From Oscillospiraceae bacterium (GTDB taxonomy: Bacteria; Bacillota; Clostridia; Oscillospirales; Oscillospiraceae): DNA of 64,000 bases. A program made the position numbers and the translations under genes. Positions 18,320-28,442 of the stretch are shown here, in pieces. The stretch's first letter is position 1. Every line of letters begins with the position of its first letter. The stretch lies in contig SVMD01000012.1 in the NCBI GenBank assembly GCA_015067615.1, forward strand, positions 3,718 through 67,717, written 5' to 3'. The notes under the pieces were generated by a model. The model made no database searches and was not told the DNA's origin. It saw nothing but the letters and a program-made list of their open reading frames with translations.

Positions 18320-18349
18320 AAAAAAGGCAGTGTCCTCAGGGACACTGCC
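18320..18349 (-). terminator. Rho-independent terminator after the ABC exporter gene
   Basis: GGCAGTGTCC-tcag-GGACACTGCC (18326-18349), followed on the minus strand by TTTTTTATT. Confidence 0.7.
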
Positions 18350-18360
18350 TCAGTTTTCTG

Positions 18361-20124
18361 TTACTTCATGGCTTCCAGGGCCAGGGCGTTCTGGGTGGTA
18401 TAGAGATCGGAGTAGATGCCGCCGGTCTTCAGCAGCTCCTGGTGGGTGCCGCATTCGGTGATGTAGCCGTCGGCAATGGACACGATGCGGTGGGCAGCCC
18501 GGATGGTGGACAGCCGGTGGGCGATGATCAGGGTGGTTCTGCCCTTGGCCAGAGCATCGAAGGCCCGCTGGATCTTGGCCTCCGTCACGGAGTCCAGAGC
18601 GGAGGTGGCCTCGTCCAGGATCAGGATGGGCGGATTCTTCAGGAAGATCCGGGCGATGGCAACACGCTGCTTCTGACCGCCGGAGAGCAGGGTACCCCGC
18701 TCGCCCACATAGGTGTCGAAGCCCTGGGGCATGGCCAGAATGTCATCGTAAATTTCCGCCTTTTTGGCAGCTTCAATGACCTCTTCCATGGTGGCATCGG
18801 GCTTGCCGTAGCGGATATTCTCGAAAATCGTGTCAGCGAAGAGGAATACCTCCTGCTGGACGATGCCGATATTCTCGTGGATGGACCGCTGGGTCACATC
18901 CCGGATATCCTGACCGTCGATGGCGATGGAGCCGGTGGACACATCGTAGAACCGGGGGATCAGCTGGCAGAGGGTGGACTTGCCGCCGCCGGAGGGGCCA
19001 ACGATGGCCAGAGTCTCACCGGGATTGACAGTCAGGGACACATCATGCAGCACGTCCAGGTCACCGTCGTAAGCGAAACTTACATTCTCCACCTTGATTT
19101 CACCCTTGACGTTGCGGAGGTCAGGGGCATCGGGCTTGTCCTGGAGGGTGGGCTCGGTGCGCATGATGGAAACGAACCGGTTCAGACCGGCGAAGCCGTT
19201 GGCGAACATCTCGGAGAAGCCGGAGAGCTTGCGCATGGGGCCAACAAAGCTGGAAATGTACAGCGTAAAGGTCAGCAGGTCCCGGTGGTCCATCTCGCCC
19301 TGCATCACATAGAAGCCGCCCACACCGATGATGATCACATTCAAACTGCACAGGAAGAACTCGGTGCAGCTGTGGAAGCGGCCCATAGCCTTGTGAAATT
19401 CCCGCTTGGAGGTCTTGTAGATCTCATTGGCAGCAGAGAACCGGGCGTTTTCCACCGGCTCATTGGCAAAGGCCTTGGCGGTGCGGACACCGGAAAGGCT
19501 GCTCTCGATCTCCTGATTGATATGGCCGGTCTTTTCCTTGGCAGCCTTGGAAGCCCGGCTCATGGACTTGCGCATGGTCATGACCACCACCAGGAACACC
19601 GGAATGGTCATCGCCACGATCAGGGCCAGCTCCCAGCGGATGCCGGTCATGACCCACAGGGCGCCGATGATGGTTAAGGTAGAGGTCAGCAGATCCTCCG
19701 GGCCGTGGTGGGCCAGCTCCGTAAGCTCAAAGAGATCGGAGGTAAGCCGGGCCATCAGCTGACCGGTGCGGTTCTCGTCGTAAAAGTCAAAGCTCATTTC
19801 CTGCATATGGGTGAACAGGTCCTTGCGAATATCCGCCTCCACCCGGATGCCGAAGGTATGGCCAAAATAGGCCACGATAAACTGCAGAACAGATCTGAGC
19901 ACATAGCACAGCACCACCGCCACCATGATGGTGAAGAAGGTCTGGTACATCTTATTGGGCAGCATCTCATACAGGGCGTTGCGGGTGACCAGGGGGAACA
20001 TCAGGTCAATGGCAGCAATGCCGCAGGCGCAGAGCACGTCCAGGGCAAAGAGTTTTTTATGGTTCTTGAAATAACTCAGAAAAATCATCAGAGGTGACTT
20101 TTTCTGAAAATCTTTGGTGGTCAT
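18361..20124 (-). CDS. ABC exporter, fused permease/ATPase (MsbA/multidrug type)
   Basis: 587 aa: a 6-TM domain plus an NBD with [22 protein letters not shown] and ILILDEATSALD. Confidence 0.9.
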   Translation of the reverse strand: MTTKDFQKKSPLMIFLSYFKNHKKLFALDVLCACGIAAIDLMFPLVTRNALYEMLPNKMYQTFFTIMVAVVLCYVLRSVLQFIVAYFGHTFGIRVEADIRKDLFTHMQEMSFDFYDENRTGQLMARLTSDLFELTELAHHGPEDLLTSTLTIIGALWVMTGIRWELALIVAMTIPVFLVVVMTMRKSMSRASKAAKEKTGHINQEIESSLSGVRTAKAFANEPVENARFSAANEIYKTSKREFHKAMGRFHSCTEFFLCSLNVIIIGVGGFYVMQGEMDHRDLLTFTLYISSFVGPMRKLSGFSEMFANGFAGLNRFVSIMRTEPTLQDKPDAPDLRNVKGEIKVENVSFAYDGDLDVLHDVSLTVNPGETLAIVGPSGGGKSTLCQLIPRFYDVSTGSIAIDGQDIRDVTQRSIHENIGIVQQEVFLFADTIFENIRYGKPDATMEEVIEAAKKAEIYDDILAMPQGFDTYVGERGTLLSGGQKQRVAIARIFLKNPPILILDEATSALDSVTEAKIQRAFDALAKGRTTLIIAHRLSTIRAAHRIVSIADGYITECGTHQELLKTGGIYSDLYTTQNALALEAMK

Positions 20125-20234
20125 TTCGATACCTCCCTTTCTACCCCTTTATTATACATATTTTTCTCACCGTTGCAAGCGCAACATTTTGATTTTTCCG
20201 AAATCTGTGCTATACTGACTGTATTGAATTGTGG

Positions 20235-20479
20235 TAAATTATCGTTTATCTTAGTTGGTTGCTGTGGCGCGGGAGCGCCCAAAAGGCTTCTCCTTGAGGA
20301 GAAGCTGGCACGGCGTAAGCCGTGACTGATGTGGTGTGCGGAAGAAGGTTGCGAATATTTCTGCATGTTGGCGAAATCACACTGCGGTAACGCCGTCGAA
20401 GGCGGCTACACCACATCCGCCCCCTTCGGGGGCACCTTCTCCTCAAGGAGAAGGCTTTGATACGCTAAACGACAATTTA
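20235..20479. repeat. Hairpin-dense intergenic repeat, copy 3 (both TIRs present, opposite orientation, diverged stems)
   Basis: TAAATTATCGTTTA (20235-20248) and TAAACGACAATTTA (20466-20479). The interior hairpins are collinear with the reverse complement of copies 1 and 5. Confidence 0.8.
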
Positions 20480-20502
20480 TCTTCCCGACAGGAGGAATCT
20501 CT

Positions 20503-21087
20503 ATGGAAATTCTCTATTCCGACAAGCACATCGCCGTCTGCGTCAAGCCTGTGGGCCTGGATTCGGAGCATGAAGTCCCGGAAGCCCTGAAAGAGGCTCT
20601 GGGTGGTGAACTCTTCCCCATCCACCGGTTGGACAAGAATGTAGGCGGTGTCATGGTCTACGCCCGGACCAGGCAGGCCGCCGCTTTCCTGTCCAAAGCC
20701 GTCCAGGAGGGCACCATGGTGAAGGAATACGTGGCGCTGGTCCACGGCACGCCCCCGGAATCCGGCGACTGGACGGACCTGCTTTTCAAGGACAGCACCA
20801 AAAATAAGGTCTTTGTGGTCAAAAAAGAGCGCCGGGGTGTGAAAAAGGCCCGGCTGGAATTTGTGCGACTGTCTGAAGGAGAAACCTCCCTGGTCCGCAT
20901 CCGGCTCCACACCGGCCGCAGCCACCAGATCCGGGTCCAGTTCTCCTCCCGGGGCTTCCCCCTGGTGGGCGACCATAAATACGGAGCAAGAGACAACTCC
21001 CCTGCCCCCATGCTGTTCTCCTGCAAGCTGACCTTTCCCCACCTGGGCAAGACCGTATCCTACGAAAAGCTGCCGGACTGGGCATAA
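20503..21087 (+). CDS. RluA-family pseudouridine synthase (short form, no S4 domain)
   Basis: 194 aa with the catalytic HRLDKNVGGVMV motif and a conserved HTGRSHQIRVQ segment. Confidence 0.85.
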   Translation: MEILYSDKHIAVCVKPVGLDSEHEVPEALKEALGGELFPIHRLDKNVGGVMVYARTRQAAAFLSKAVQEGTMVKEYVALVHGTPPESGDWTDLLFKDSTKNKVFVVKKERRGVKKARLEFVRLSEGETSLVRIRLHTGRSHQIRVQFSSRGFPLVGDHKYGARDNSPAPMLFSCKLTFPHLGKTVSYEKLPDWA

Positions 21088-21126
21088 AAACTGCGCTGCA
21101 CGTTTCCGTGCAGCGCAGCTGTATTT
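21086..21126. terminator. Bidirectional rho-independent terminator
   Basis: CTGCGCTGCACG-tttc-CGTGCAGCGCAG (21091-21118), flanked by AAAAA and a T-rich run. It lies between convergent genes. Confidence 0.7.
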
Positions 21127-22468
21127 AAGAGGGCTTGTATTTGCTCTTCCACTTTCCGGAGATGACCCGGGGCACAAAGAAGGAGGTACGGACTACCCAG
21201 TCGGTGATCATGGCGATCCAGACGCCCACGGCGCCCATTTCCAGCTGGACGCAGAGGATCCAGGAACCGAAGATCCGGCACACCAGCATGGAGAAGATGC
21301 CCACCCACATGGTGAATTTCACATCGTTGGAGGCCCGCAGCGCGTTGGGCAGCACGAAGGACACCGGCCAGAAAAGGATCGCCATGGAGGCATGCATGGT
21401 GGACAGCTTCATGGCCAGAGCCCGGGTCTCGGGACCCAGGGTGCTGTAAAAGTCCACCAGCTGGCCCACAAAGATCACGATCAGCAGATTGGTCAGACCC
21501 TGGGCAAGGTAGGTCCAGCCCAGAAGCTTTTTGATGTAGTACTTGGCCTGGTCCGTATCCCTTGCGCCCACGCACTGACCCACCACCGTCACCATGGCGA
21601 GGCCCATGGCCTGGCCGATGATGATGCCCAGCCGGTCGATGTTACCCGCCACAGCATTGGCGGAGACCTGGGAGGTGCCGAACAGGGTGATCATGCTGGC
21701 CACGATCAGCCGTCCCAGGGAGAAGAAGCAGTTTTCGCAGGCGGAGGGAATGCCGATACGCAGGATGGAGCCCATCATAGGGCCGTCCAGATGGGAGATG
21801 CCCTGCTTCGTCAGCCGCAGCTCCTGCCGGGGCCGGGTGACCTTCCACACCATGTAGATACCTGCGGCGGCCCGGGAGATCAGGGTGGGCACGGCCACAC
21901 CGTACACGCCCCACTTCAGCACATAGATGCAGAAGGCGTTGCCCACCACATTGATGATATTCATCACCATGCTGGCCTGCATGGAGACTTTGCTGTTTCC
22001 GGTGCTGCGGAAAATGGCCGCTCCGGCATTATACAGGGCAATGAACGGGAAGGAAACAGCGGTAATACGAAGATATTTCAGGCAGGCTTCCATCACGTCC
22101 GCCTCAATGGAACCGAAGCAGAGCCGGATCAGCTGCTCGTCAAACAGGATGCAGGGCACCATGGTGGCAATACCCAGAGCCACCGCCATCAGCACCAGCT
22201 GACCCACGCTGCGCTGGGCTTTTTCGTAGTTCCGGGCACCCAGGAACTGACTGGTAACCACACTGCCGCCGGTAGCCAGGGCCGCGAACAGCACCAGGAT
22301 CACCGCGTTGATCATATCCACCAGGGACACGCCGGAAATGGCCGCTTCGCCCACCGAGGAGACCATAACGCCGTCGGCCATGCCCACCAGAATGGTCAGG
22401 CCCTGCTCAATCACCAGCGGGATAATCAGTTTGATCAGCCGCTTATTGGAAAATAACCGATTTTCCAT
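21125..22468 (-). CDS. MATE-family efflux transporter
   Basis: 447 aa, 12 TM, with a typical MATE N-terminus (LIKLIIPLVIEQGLTILVGMADGVMVSSVGEAAISGVSLV). Confidence 0.9.
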   Translation of the reverse strand: MENRLFSNKRLIKLIIPLVIEQGLTILVGMADGVMVSSVGEAAISGVSLVDMINAVILVLFAALATGGSVVTSQFLGARNYEKAQRSVGQLVLMAVALGIATMVPCILFDEQLIRLCFGSIEADVMEACLKYLRITAVSFPFIALYNAGAAIFRSTGNSKVSMQASMVMNIINVVGNAFCIYVLKWGVYGVAVPTLISRAAAGIYMVWKVTRPRQELRLTKQGISHLDGPMMGSILRIGIPSACENCFFSLGRLIVASMITLFGTSQVSANAVAGNIDRLGIIIGQAMGLAMVTVVGQCVGARDTDQAKYYIKKLLGWTYLAQGLTNLLIVIFVGQLVDFYSTLGPETRALAMKLSTMHASMAILFWPVSFVLPNALRASNDVKFTMWVGIFSMLVCRIFGSWILCVQLEMGAVGVWIAMITDWVVRTSFFVPRVISGKWKSKYKPS

Positions 22469-22541
22469 GGGAACACCTTCCTAATTTACACATTATAAAA
22501 AGTATAGCATCCCTTTTCGTCAAATTCAACCTTTCTTTCGC

Positions 22542-22573
22542 AAAAGTAAATGCCCGCCGCAGGCGGGCATTTA
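22542..22573 (-). terminator. Rho-independent terminator after the LCP gene
   Basis: GTAAATGCCCGC...GCGGGCATTTAC hairpin (22546-22573), with an A-run at 22542-22545 that reads as a T-run on the minus strand. Confidence 0.65.
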
Positions 22574-22584
22574 CTGCTATACGA

Positions 22585-24123
22585 TTATTGATTTACCAGA
22601 AGGTCCTCGTCTGTCAGGACTTCTCCGGCCAGAGCCCGGGTCAGCAGGTCCTTTGCCTGCTCCACCATGTAGTCATGGGGATACATGACGTATCCCTTAC
22701 CGCCGCCCTTGGCCCAGCAGGTGTCATTTCCGTTGTCACCTGTGACCGCAAAGCTCTTCACGTCCCAGGAAGGGGCTTCCGTCAGCTGGAACTGGACCAG
22801 CTTGCCGATATCCTCCGCCGACATGCTGGTGGCAAACATTCCCTCCAGGCTTTTCAGAATTTCCGAATAATTGGAAATCAGGTTGCCCACGGAAAGCTGA
22901 TCGATCATGGCGCTGATCAGCTTCATCTGATTTTTACCCCGGTCATTGTCTCCGCCCCGCAGATTCTTCCGCTCCCGGGCAAATTTCAGCGCCTGATCAC
23001 CGTTGAGATGGTTTTCGCCATATCGGATGTTCACATCGCCGGCTGTGAATGCTTTGTCAGAATAGACCGTGACACCGCCGATGGCGTCGATCAGCGTTCG
23101 GAAGCCGGAGAAATTGATCCGGGCATAGTAATCGATGGGTATACCATACAGCTCTTCCATTGCCCCAACACAGTTGTCGATGCCATGGAGACCGCAGTGG
23201 GACAGCTTATCCCGGGAACCGTCTCCGCTGGCAGGATTCACCACATAGTAATCCCGGGGGGTATTCAGCAGCAGGATCTGATGATCCTCCGGATTGACCA
23301 CCACCAGAATGTTCACATCACTGCCGCCATCTGCCAGCAGCTCCCGCCGGGCATCATTGCCGCTGATGTATACCAGAAACGGCTTTTCGGTCACATCCAC
23401 TTTTTCCGGTTTCTGGGGCAGGGGCAGCCAGTTGTTCTGAACCACTTCCTTTTCCACCACATATTCATGCAGCACCCGGATCCGGCTTTCCACGTCCCCA
23501 TAGCCTTCCATGTCTTCAAAAACCATCAGGTACGCAGTATCCAGAATCAGAGCATCCGCTTCGCCAGTCAGCAGTGCGTCCACCGCCGCCACCGATCCGG
23601 GATAGGTACGGATCTGCACGGGATGTCCGAAATGAGCTTCCAGCTCGCTGCACATCTTCGCGGAAACCTCCTGTGGAATATCATCGCTCATGGCGTAGCT
23701 ATAGCTGTCCGTATCCTCAATACATTCCGCAGGATCATCGCTGCGGACATACACCTCCAAAACCACATTGACCTTTTGGGGCGCAGTGATGGCGCCGATG
23801 GTCCCAAGGACCCGGCCCACAGCGCCGCTTCCTACCAGGCAGCCCGCCAGAATCACAATGCTCAGCATAATTCCGATAATTTGCTTTCCCCAGCTTGCCT
23901 TTTTTTGCCATTCACCCAGCTTTCTCTGACGCAGAAGCAGTCCCAGCAACCCGGTAATCACCAGGCAGGCAGCACACAGGAGCAGAAAATACTGTGTCGG
24001 CAGCATGTGCAGGCTCCATACCTGATACAGCAGCAGTCCCTGGACCGCAACCAGCAGCGCCAGGATCAGGAGACTGATTCTGTTCCAATTTCGAATTTTG
24101 TTGTCTTTGTTCAATTCCTTCAC
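22585..24123 (-). CDS. LCP (LytR-CpsA-Psr) family protein with an N-terminal membrane domain
   Basis: 512 aa: 3 N-terminal TMs, an accessory domain, then the LCP core (LLLNTPRDYYV...INFSGFRTLIDAIGGV...FARERKNLRGGDNDRGKNQ). Apparent GTG start. Confidence 0.85.
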   Translation of the reverse strand: MKELNKDNKIRNWNRISLLILALLVAVQGLLLYQVWSLHMLPTQYFLLLCAACLVITGLLGLLLRQRKLGEWQKKASWGKQIIGIMLSIVILAGCLVGSGAVGRVLGTIGAITAPQKVNVVLEVYVRSDDPAECIEDTDSYSYAMSDDIPQEVSAKMCSELEAHFGHPVQIRTYPGSVAAVDALLTGEADALILDTAYLMVFEDMEGYGDVESRIRVLHEYVVEKEVVQNNWLPLPQKPEKVDVTEKPFLVYISGNDARRELLADGGSDVNILVVVNPEDHQILLLNTPRDYYVVNPASGDGSRDKLSHCGLHGIDNCVGAMEELYGIPIDYYARINFSGFRTLIDAIGGVTVYSDKAFTAGDVNIRYGENHLNGDQALKFARERKNLRGGDNDRGKNQMKLISAMIDQLSVGNLISNYSEILKSLEGMFATSMSAEDIGKLVQFQLTEAPSWDVKSFAVTGDNGNDTCWAKGGGKGYVMYPHDYMVEQAKDLLTRALAGEVLTDEDLLVNQ

Positions 24124-24231
24124 CCACTTTCAATTTCGAATTATTATATCACAGCCCTACCTGCAAATCAAGCGGAATACCCTGCCATGGACATTTCCAA
24201 AACCATATGATATTCTGTCACAAATCGCGTT

Positions 24232-24762
24232 TTGGAACGTTTATGGGGTGAAAGGAGGTTGGAGACCACGGAAACAGATATTTTAGAGCAGCTGTACCAC
24301 CGGTACTACAGCGCCGCGTACCTGTACTGCCTTTCCTTAAGCGGTGATGCGCACACCGCTCAGGACATTACGGCAGATGCTTTCGTCAAAGCCTACCTGA
24401 GCCTGCCCGATGAAGTCCCCTCCTTTCGCTATTGGCTTTTTCGGGTATGTAAAAACCTCTGGATCGACCATTGCAGAAAGCAGCGCCATCTGGCTGAACC
24501 GGATGCGCTGGAATTCCTCCCGGACCCCAATACCCCGGAGAGCATCTACCTGCGAAATGAGCAGAAAAAAGCTCTCTGGGCAGCTCTGAATACCCTGTCC
24601 CCCACGGACCGGGAAATCATCACCCTGCACTATTTTTCCGGGCTTCCCCTGAAGGAAATTGCCCCATTACTGGGAAAAAGCCACGACGCCGTGCGGCAGC
24701 GGATGGTACGCTTACGAAACAAACTGCGAGAAGAATTGGAGGCACAAGGCTATGGAAGATAA
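24232..24762 (+). CDS. ECF-type RNA polymerase sigma-70 family factor (start codon uncertain)
   Basis: Region 2 (AQDITADAFVKAY...YWLFRVCKNLWIDHCRKQRH) and region 4 (LSPTDREIITLHYFSGLPLKEIAPLLGKSHDAVRQRMVRLRNKL). There is no in-frame ATG near the 5' end, so a TTG at 24232 or 24259 is possible. Confidence 0.8.
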   Translation: MERLWGERRLETTETDILEQLYHRYYSAAYLYCLSLSGDAHTAQDITADAFVKAYLSLPDEVPSFRYWLFRVCKNLWIDHCRKQRHLAEPDALEFLPDPNTPESIYLRNEQKKALWAALNTLSPTDREIITLHYFSGLPLKEIAPLLGKSHDAVRQRMVRLRNKLREELEAQGYGR

Positions 24763-25759
24763 GGAACTGTTTGAAAATGAATGGGAGCAAATTCCGTCCC
24801 CGGAAAATGAAATGGAGATGATTCAGAAGAGTATCCGCAAGCGAAGCCGAAGGATCATTGCGCTTAGCGTTGCGACAGCAGTGGTGCTCCTTGGTCTTCT
24901 GACCTACGGTGTGATCCCCCTGGCAGAGCGTATTTTCTGGCATCCCGCTGAAACCACCTACGGGTCCCATACAGATCTGGAAACCATGCTCCACGTCTAC
25001 ACGGACCTGTTCACCCCTGGCTACAACGTATCCTACGTAAACTATCGGCGCAGCGGATTTGCCAGCTATGAACTGGAAGTCCCGGTTTTCTCCACCGCCC
25101 AGAGGACTGAGCTTTCCGCCGCAGGCGCCCTGAAGAAAAATATCCTGAGCCTGGATCAAAATTTCTTCAATCCCATGAACAAGCATTATCCCTTCCCCAG
25201 GTTTTCCACTCCAAATTATGTCCCCATCCCCATGGATATTGACGCCCTGCGTCAGCGTCTCAGTGAACTGCCGGAATACATCCGTCTGGAGGCCACCATC
25301 TGTTTTCCCGAAGATCTGTCCATGGAAGCGCTGATGGCATTCCGGTCCACACGCAGTGATCTGCTGATCACCTGGGTTGGGGTCCGCAGTGCGGAGGCTT
25401 CTGATCCCCTGCCGCCCCTGATGGGCATGGACCCGTTCACCGGCGGAAGCGTCTTTGACGGATTTTTGATGGAGTACCGACATTTCGATGCGAAACAAAT
25501 CACAGAACCAGCGCATCTGGAGAAGCATTTCAAAACCCGGCTGCAATACTATATCGATCAGCTGGCGAAGGACCGGGCATTTTACCGGTACGATGGAGAG
25601 ACTCTGAACAGAGCCCTTGCCTATGTGGAAGAAAACGGCGTATATACCTACGGCTGCGTTGTCACCGCAACGCCCCAGGTCCTCCTGGATCTGCTGGACA
25701 GCGGAATTGTCTGCACAATGGATCTGGTAGACTGCTGGATCGATATTATCACCAAATAA
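24752..25759 (+). CDS. Putative anti-sigma factor (single TM, large extracytoplasmic domain)
   Basis: It overlaps the sigma gene stop by 11 nt. It has one TM (IIALSVATAVVLLGLLTYGVIPL) after a short cytoplasmic N-terminus, an architecture typical of sigma-regulator proteins. Confidence 0.6.
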   Translation: MEDKELFENEWEQIPSPENEMEMIQKSIRKRSRRIIALSVATAVVLLGLLTYGVIPLAERIFWHPAETTYGSHTDLETMLHVYTDLFTPGYNVSYVNYRRSGFASYELEVPVFSTAQRTELSAAGALKKNILSLDQNFFNPMNKHYPFPRFSTPNYVPIPMDIDALRQRLSELPEYIRLEATICFPEDLSMEALMAFRSTRSDLLITWVGVRSAEASDPLPPLMGMDPFTGGSVFDGFLMEYRHFDAKQITEPAHLEKHFKTRLQYYIDQLAKDRAFYRYDGETLNRALAYVEENGVYTYGCVVTATPQVLLDLLDSGIVCTMDLVDCWIDIITK

Positions 25760-25789
25760 GGAAAGGGCACCCCATGGGGTGCCCTTTCC
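25760..25789. terminator. Bidirectional terminator hairpin between the anti-sigma gene and clpB
   Basis: GGAAAGGGCACCCC-at-GGGGTGCCCTTTCC, a perfect 14-bp stem. Confidence 0.7.
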
Positions 25790-28381
25790 TCATTTCATAA
25801 TCAGCTCGCCATTTTCCGCGTCGACCGTGACAATCTGTCCCGGCAGGACTTCACCCCGGAGGATGCGCTTACTCAGCATGGTCTCCACGGTGTGCTGGAC
25901 GTACCGGCGCAGGGGCCGGGCGCCGTACTGGGGATCATAGGCCGCATCCACGATGGCGGTCTTGGCATTTTCCGTCAACTGAACGGAAATCTGCTTATCC
26001 TCCAGCCGCTGGTTCAGCTTTGCAATCTGCAGGTCGATGATGGCAGTGACATCGCCCTTGGTCAGGGGCTTGTAGAAGACAATTTCGTCCAGGCGGTTCA
26101 GGAACTCCGGCCGGAAGGACCGGCGCAGCAGCATCTGGACCTGATCTTTAGCCGCCTCATCGATGGAGCCGTCGGCGCTGATACCGTTTAAGAGATACTC
26201 AGAGCCCAGGTTGGAGGTCAGGATCAGGATGGTATTCTTGAAGTCCACCGTTCTGCCCTGGGAATCGGTGATCCGGCCGTCATCCAGCACCTGCAGGAGG
26301 ACATTGAACACATCCGGGTGGGCCTTCTCCACCTCATCGAAGAGGACCACAGAGTAGGGCTTCCGCCGCACCGCTTCCGTCAGCTGGCCGCCCTCCTCAT
26401 AGCCCACATAGCCGGGAGGGGCACCGATCAGCCGGGACACGGAGAATTTCTCCATATATTCGGACATATCGATGCGGACCAGGTTGTTTTCGTCATCGAA
26501 AAGGGCCTGAGCCAGGGTCTTGGCCAGTTCCGTCTTGCCCACGCCGGTGGGACCCAGGAACAGGAAGGAACCAATAGGCCGGTTGGGGTCCTGGATGCCT
26601 GCCCGGCTCCGCTGAATGGCTTCGGTGACAGCCTGAACCGCCTCGTCCTGGCCCACCACCCTCTTGTGGAGGGTTTCATCCAGGATCAGAAGCTTCTCCC
26701 GCTCACCCTGGACCAGCCGGGATACCGGGATTCCGGTCCAGCGCTGGACAATCCGGGCGATCTCCTCTTCCGTAACCCGGTCCCGGAGCATGGTGTTCTC
26801 CTTAGCGGTCTGAGCCTTGGCCTCCTCCGCTTCCAGCGCCCGCTGGGCTTCCGGGAGGCGGCCATATTTCAACTCAGCGGCCTTTTCCAGATCATAATTC
26901 TGCTCCGCAGCCTCGATCTGCCGGTTCAGGTCCTCGATCTGCTCCCGGAGCTGCTGCAATCTTCCGATGGCGTTCTTCTCATTGTCCCACTGGGCCTTCA
27001 TGGTGTTGAAGGCATCCCGCTCCTCAGCCAGTTCCTTTTGAAGTTCAGCCAGTCGGGCTTTGGACAGGGCGTCCTCCTCCCGCTTCAGGGCCGCTTCCTC
27101 GATCTCCATCTGGATGATCTTCCGGGACACGGCGTCCAGCTCTGTGGGCATGGAATCCATCTCCGTACGGATCTGGGCGCAGGCTTCATCCACCAGGTCG
27201 ATGGCCTTGTCCGGCAGGAACCGGTCGGTGATATACCGATGGGACAGGGTGGCTGCGGAGATTAGAGCCGGGTCGGCAATCTTCACGCCGTGGAACACCT
27301 CATACCGCTCCTTCAGTCCCCGGAGGATGGCGATGGTGTCCTCCACCGTGGGCTCATCCACCTGGACCGGCTGGAACCGGCGCTCCAGGGCAGGATCCTT
27401 CTCGATATACTGGCGGTATTCATCCAGAGTGGTGGCGCCGATGCAGTGGAGCTCACCTCTTGCCAGCATGGGCTTTAAGAGATTGCCTGCGTCCATGGCG
27501 CCGTCGGTTTTACCGGCACCCACAATGGTGTGCAGCTCGTCGATGAACAGGATGATCTGTCCGTCGGATTCCTTCACTTCGTTCAAAACAGCCTTCAGCC
27601 GCTCCTCGAATTCGCCCCGATACTTGGCACCGGCCACCAGGGCGCCCATATCCAGAGAGAAAATGGTCTTGTCCAGCAGGGACTTGGGCACGTCCTTCTT
27701 CACGATCCGCTGGGCCAGGCCCTCGGCGATGGCGGTCTTGCCCACGCCGGGCTCACCGATGAGGACGGGATTGTTCTTGGTCTTTCGGGACAGGATCCGG
27801 ATCACATTCCGGATCTCCTCATCCCGGCCGATGACCGGATCCTGCTTCTGCTCCCGGGCACGCTTGACCAGGTCCGTGCCGTATTTTTCCAGGGCTTCAT
27901 AGGTGCCCTCGGGGCTGTCAGTGGTGACCCGCTGGTTACCCCGAATGCTCTGCAAGGCCTTCAGGACATTTTCCTTGGTGATTCTATAGGTTTCAAACAA
28001 ATCCTTCACACTGCCTCGAGCCGCATCCAGCAGACCCAGGAACAGGTGCTCCACGGAAACATACTCGTCCTTCATCTGCTGAGCCTGCTCTTCCGCCGCT
28101 GTAAAGACGGCGTCGCAGTCAGCGGTTACATAGAACCGGTCCATATCCCGGCTGCCGGAGACTGAGGGAATCTTCCGCAGCAGCTGATTGGCGGCAGCCT
28201 CCAGGCTCTCCACGCTCACTTCCATTTTCCGCAGGAGCTGAGGAGTCAGTCCTCCCTCCTGCCGCAGCAGCGCCAGCATCAGATGCACCTGCTCCAGCTG
28301 CTGATGACCGTTCTGGATCGCGGTCTTCTGTGCCCACTGCACAGCTTCCAGAGACTTCTGGGTGTAATTGTTAAAATTCAC
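25790..28381 (-). CDS. clpB: ATP-dependent chaperone/disaggregase ClpB
   Basis: 863 aa: Clp_N repeats, two AAA+ modules ([10 protein letters not shown]; [12 protein letters not shown]) and a long coiled-coil middle domain between them. GTG start behind AAAGGAAGG. Confidence 0.95.
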   Translation of the reverse strand: MNFNNYTQKSLEAVQWAQKTAIQNGHQQLEQVHLMLALLRQEGGLTPQLLRKMEVSVESLEAAANQLLRKIPSVSGSRDMDRFYVTADCDAVFTAAEEQAQQMKDEYVSVEHLFLGLLDAARGSVKDLFETYRITKENVLKALQSIRGNQRVTTDSPEGTYEALEKYGTDLVKRAREQKQDPVIGRDEEIRNVIRILSRKTKNNPVLIGEPGVGKTAIAEGLAQRIVKKDVPKSLLDKTIFSLDMGALVAGAKYRGEFEERLKAVLNEVKESDGQIILFIDELHTIVGAGKTDGAMDAGNLLKPMLARGELHCIGATTLDEYRQYIEKDPALERRFQPVQVDEPTVEDTIAILRGLKERYEVFHGVKIADPALISAATLSHRYITDRFLPDKAIDLVDEACAQIRTEMDSMPTELDAVSRKIIQMEIEEAALKREEDALSKARLAELQKELAEERDAFNTMKAQWDNEKNAIGRLQQLREQIEDLNRQIEAAEQNYDLEKAAELKYGRLPEAQRALEAEEAKAQTAKENTMLRDRVTEEEIARIVQRWTGIPVSRLVQGEREKLLILDETLHKRVVGQDEAVQAVTEAIQRSRAGIQDPNRPIGSFLFLGPTGVGKTELAKTLAQALFDDENNLVRIDMSEYMEKFSVSRLIGAPPGYVGYEEGGQLTEAVRRKPYSVVLFDEVEKAHPDVFNVLLQVLDDGRITDSQGRTVDFKNTILILTSNLGSEYLLNGISADGSIDEAAKDQVQMLLRRSFRPEFLNRLDEIVFYKPLTKGDVTAIIDLQIAKLNQRLEDKQISVQLTENAKTAIVDAAYDPQYGARPLRRYVQHTVETMLSKRILRGEVLPGQIVTVDAENGELIMK

Positions 28382-28402
28382 AGCAATCCTTCCTTTCGTC
28401 TT

Positions 28403-28429
28403 TTAGCACTCTTCCTTCTAGAGTGCTAA
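28403..28429. promoter_or_regulatory. CIRCE operator (HrcA binding site)
   Basis: TTAGCACTC-ttccttcta-GAGTGCTAA is an exact match to the consensus TTAGCACTC-N9-GAGTGCTAA. It lies between the clpB promoter and the clpB start codon. Confidence 0.9.
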
Positions 28430-28442
28430 ATTATTTGCCTTT

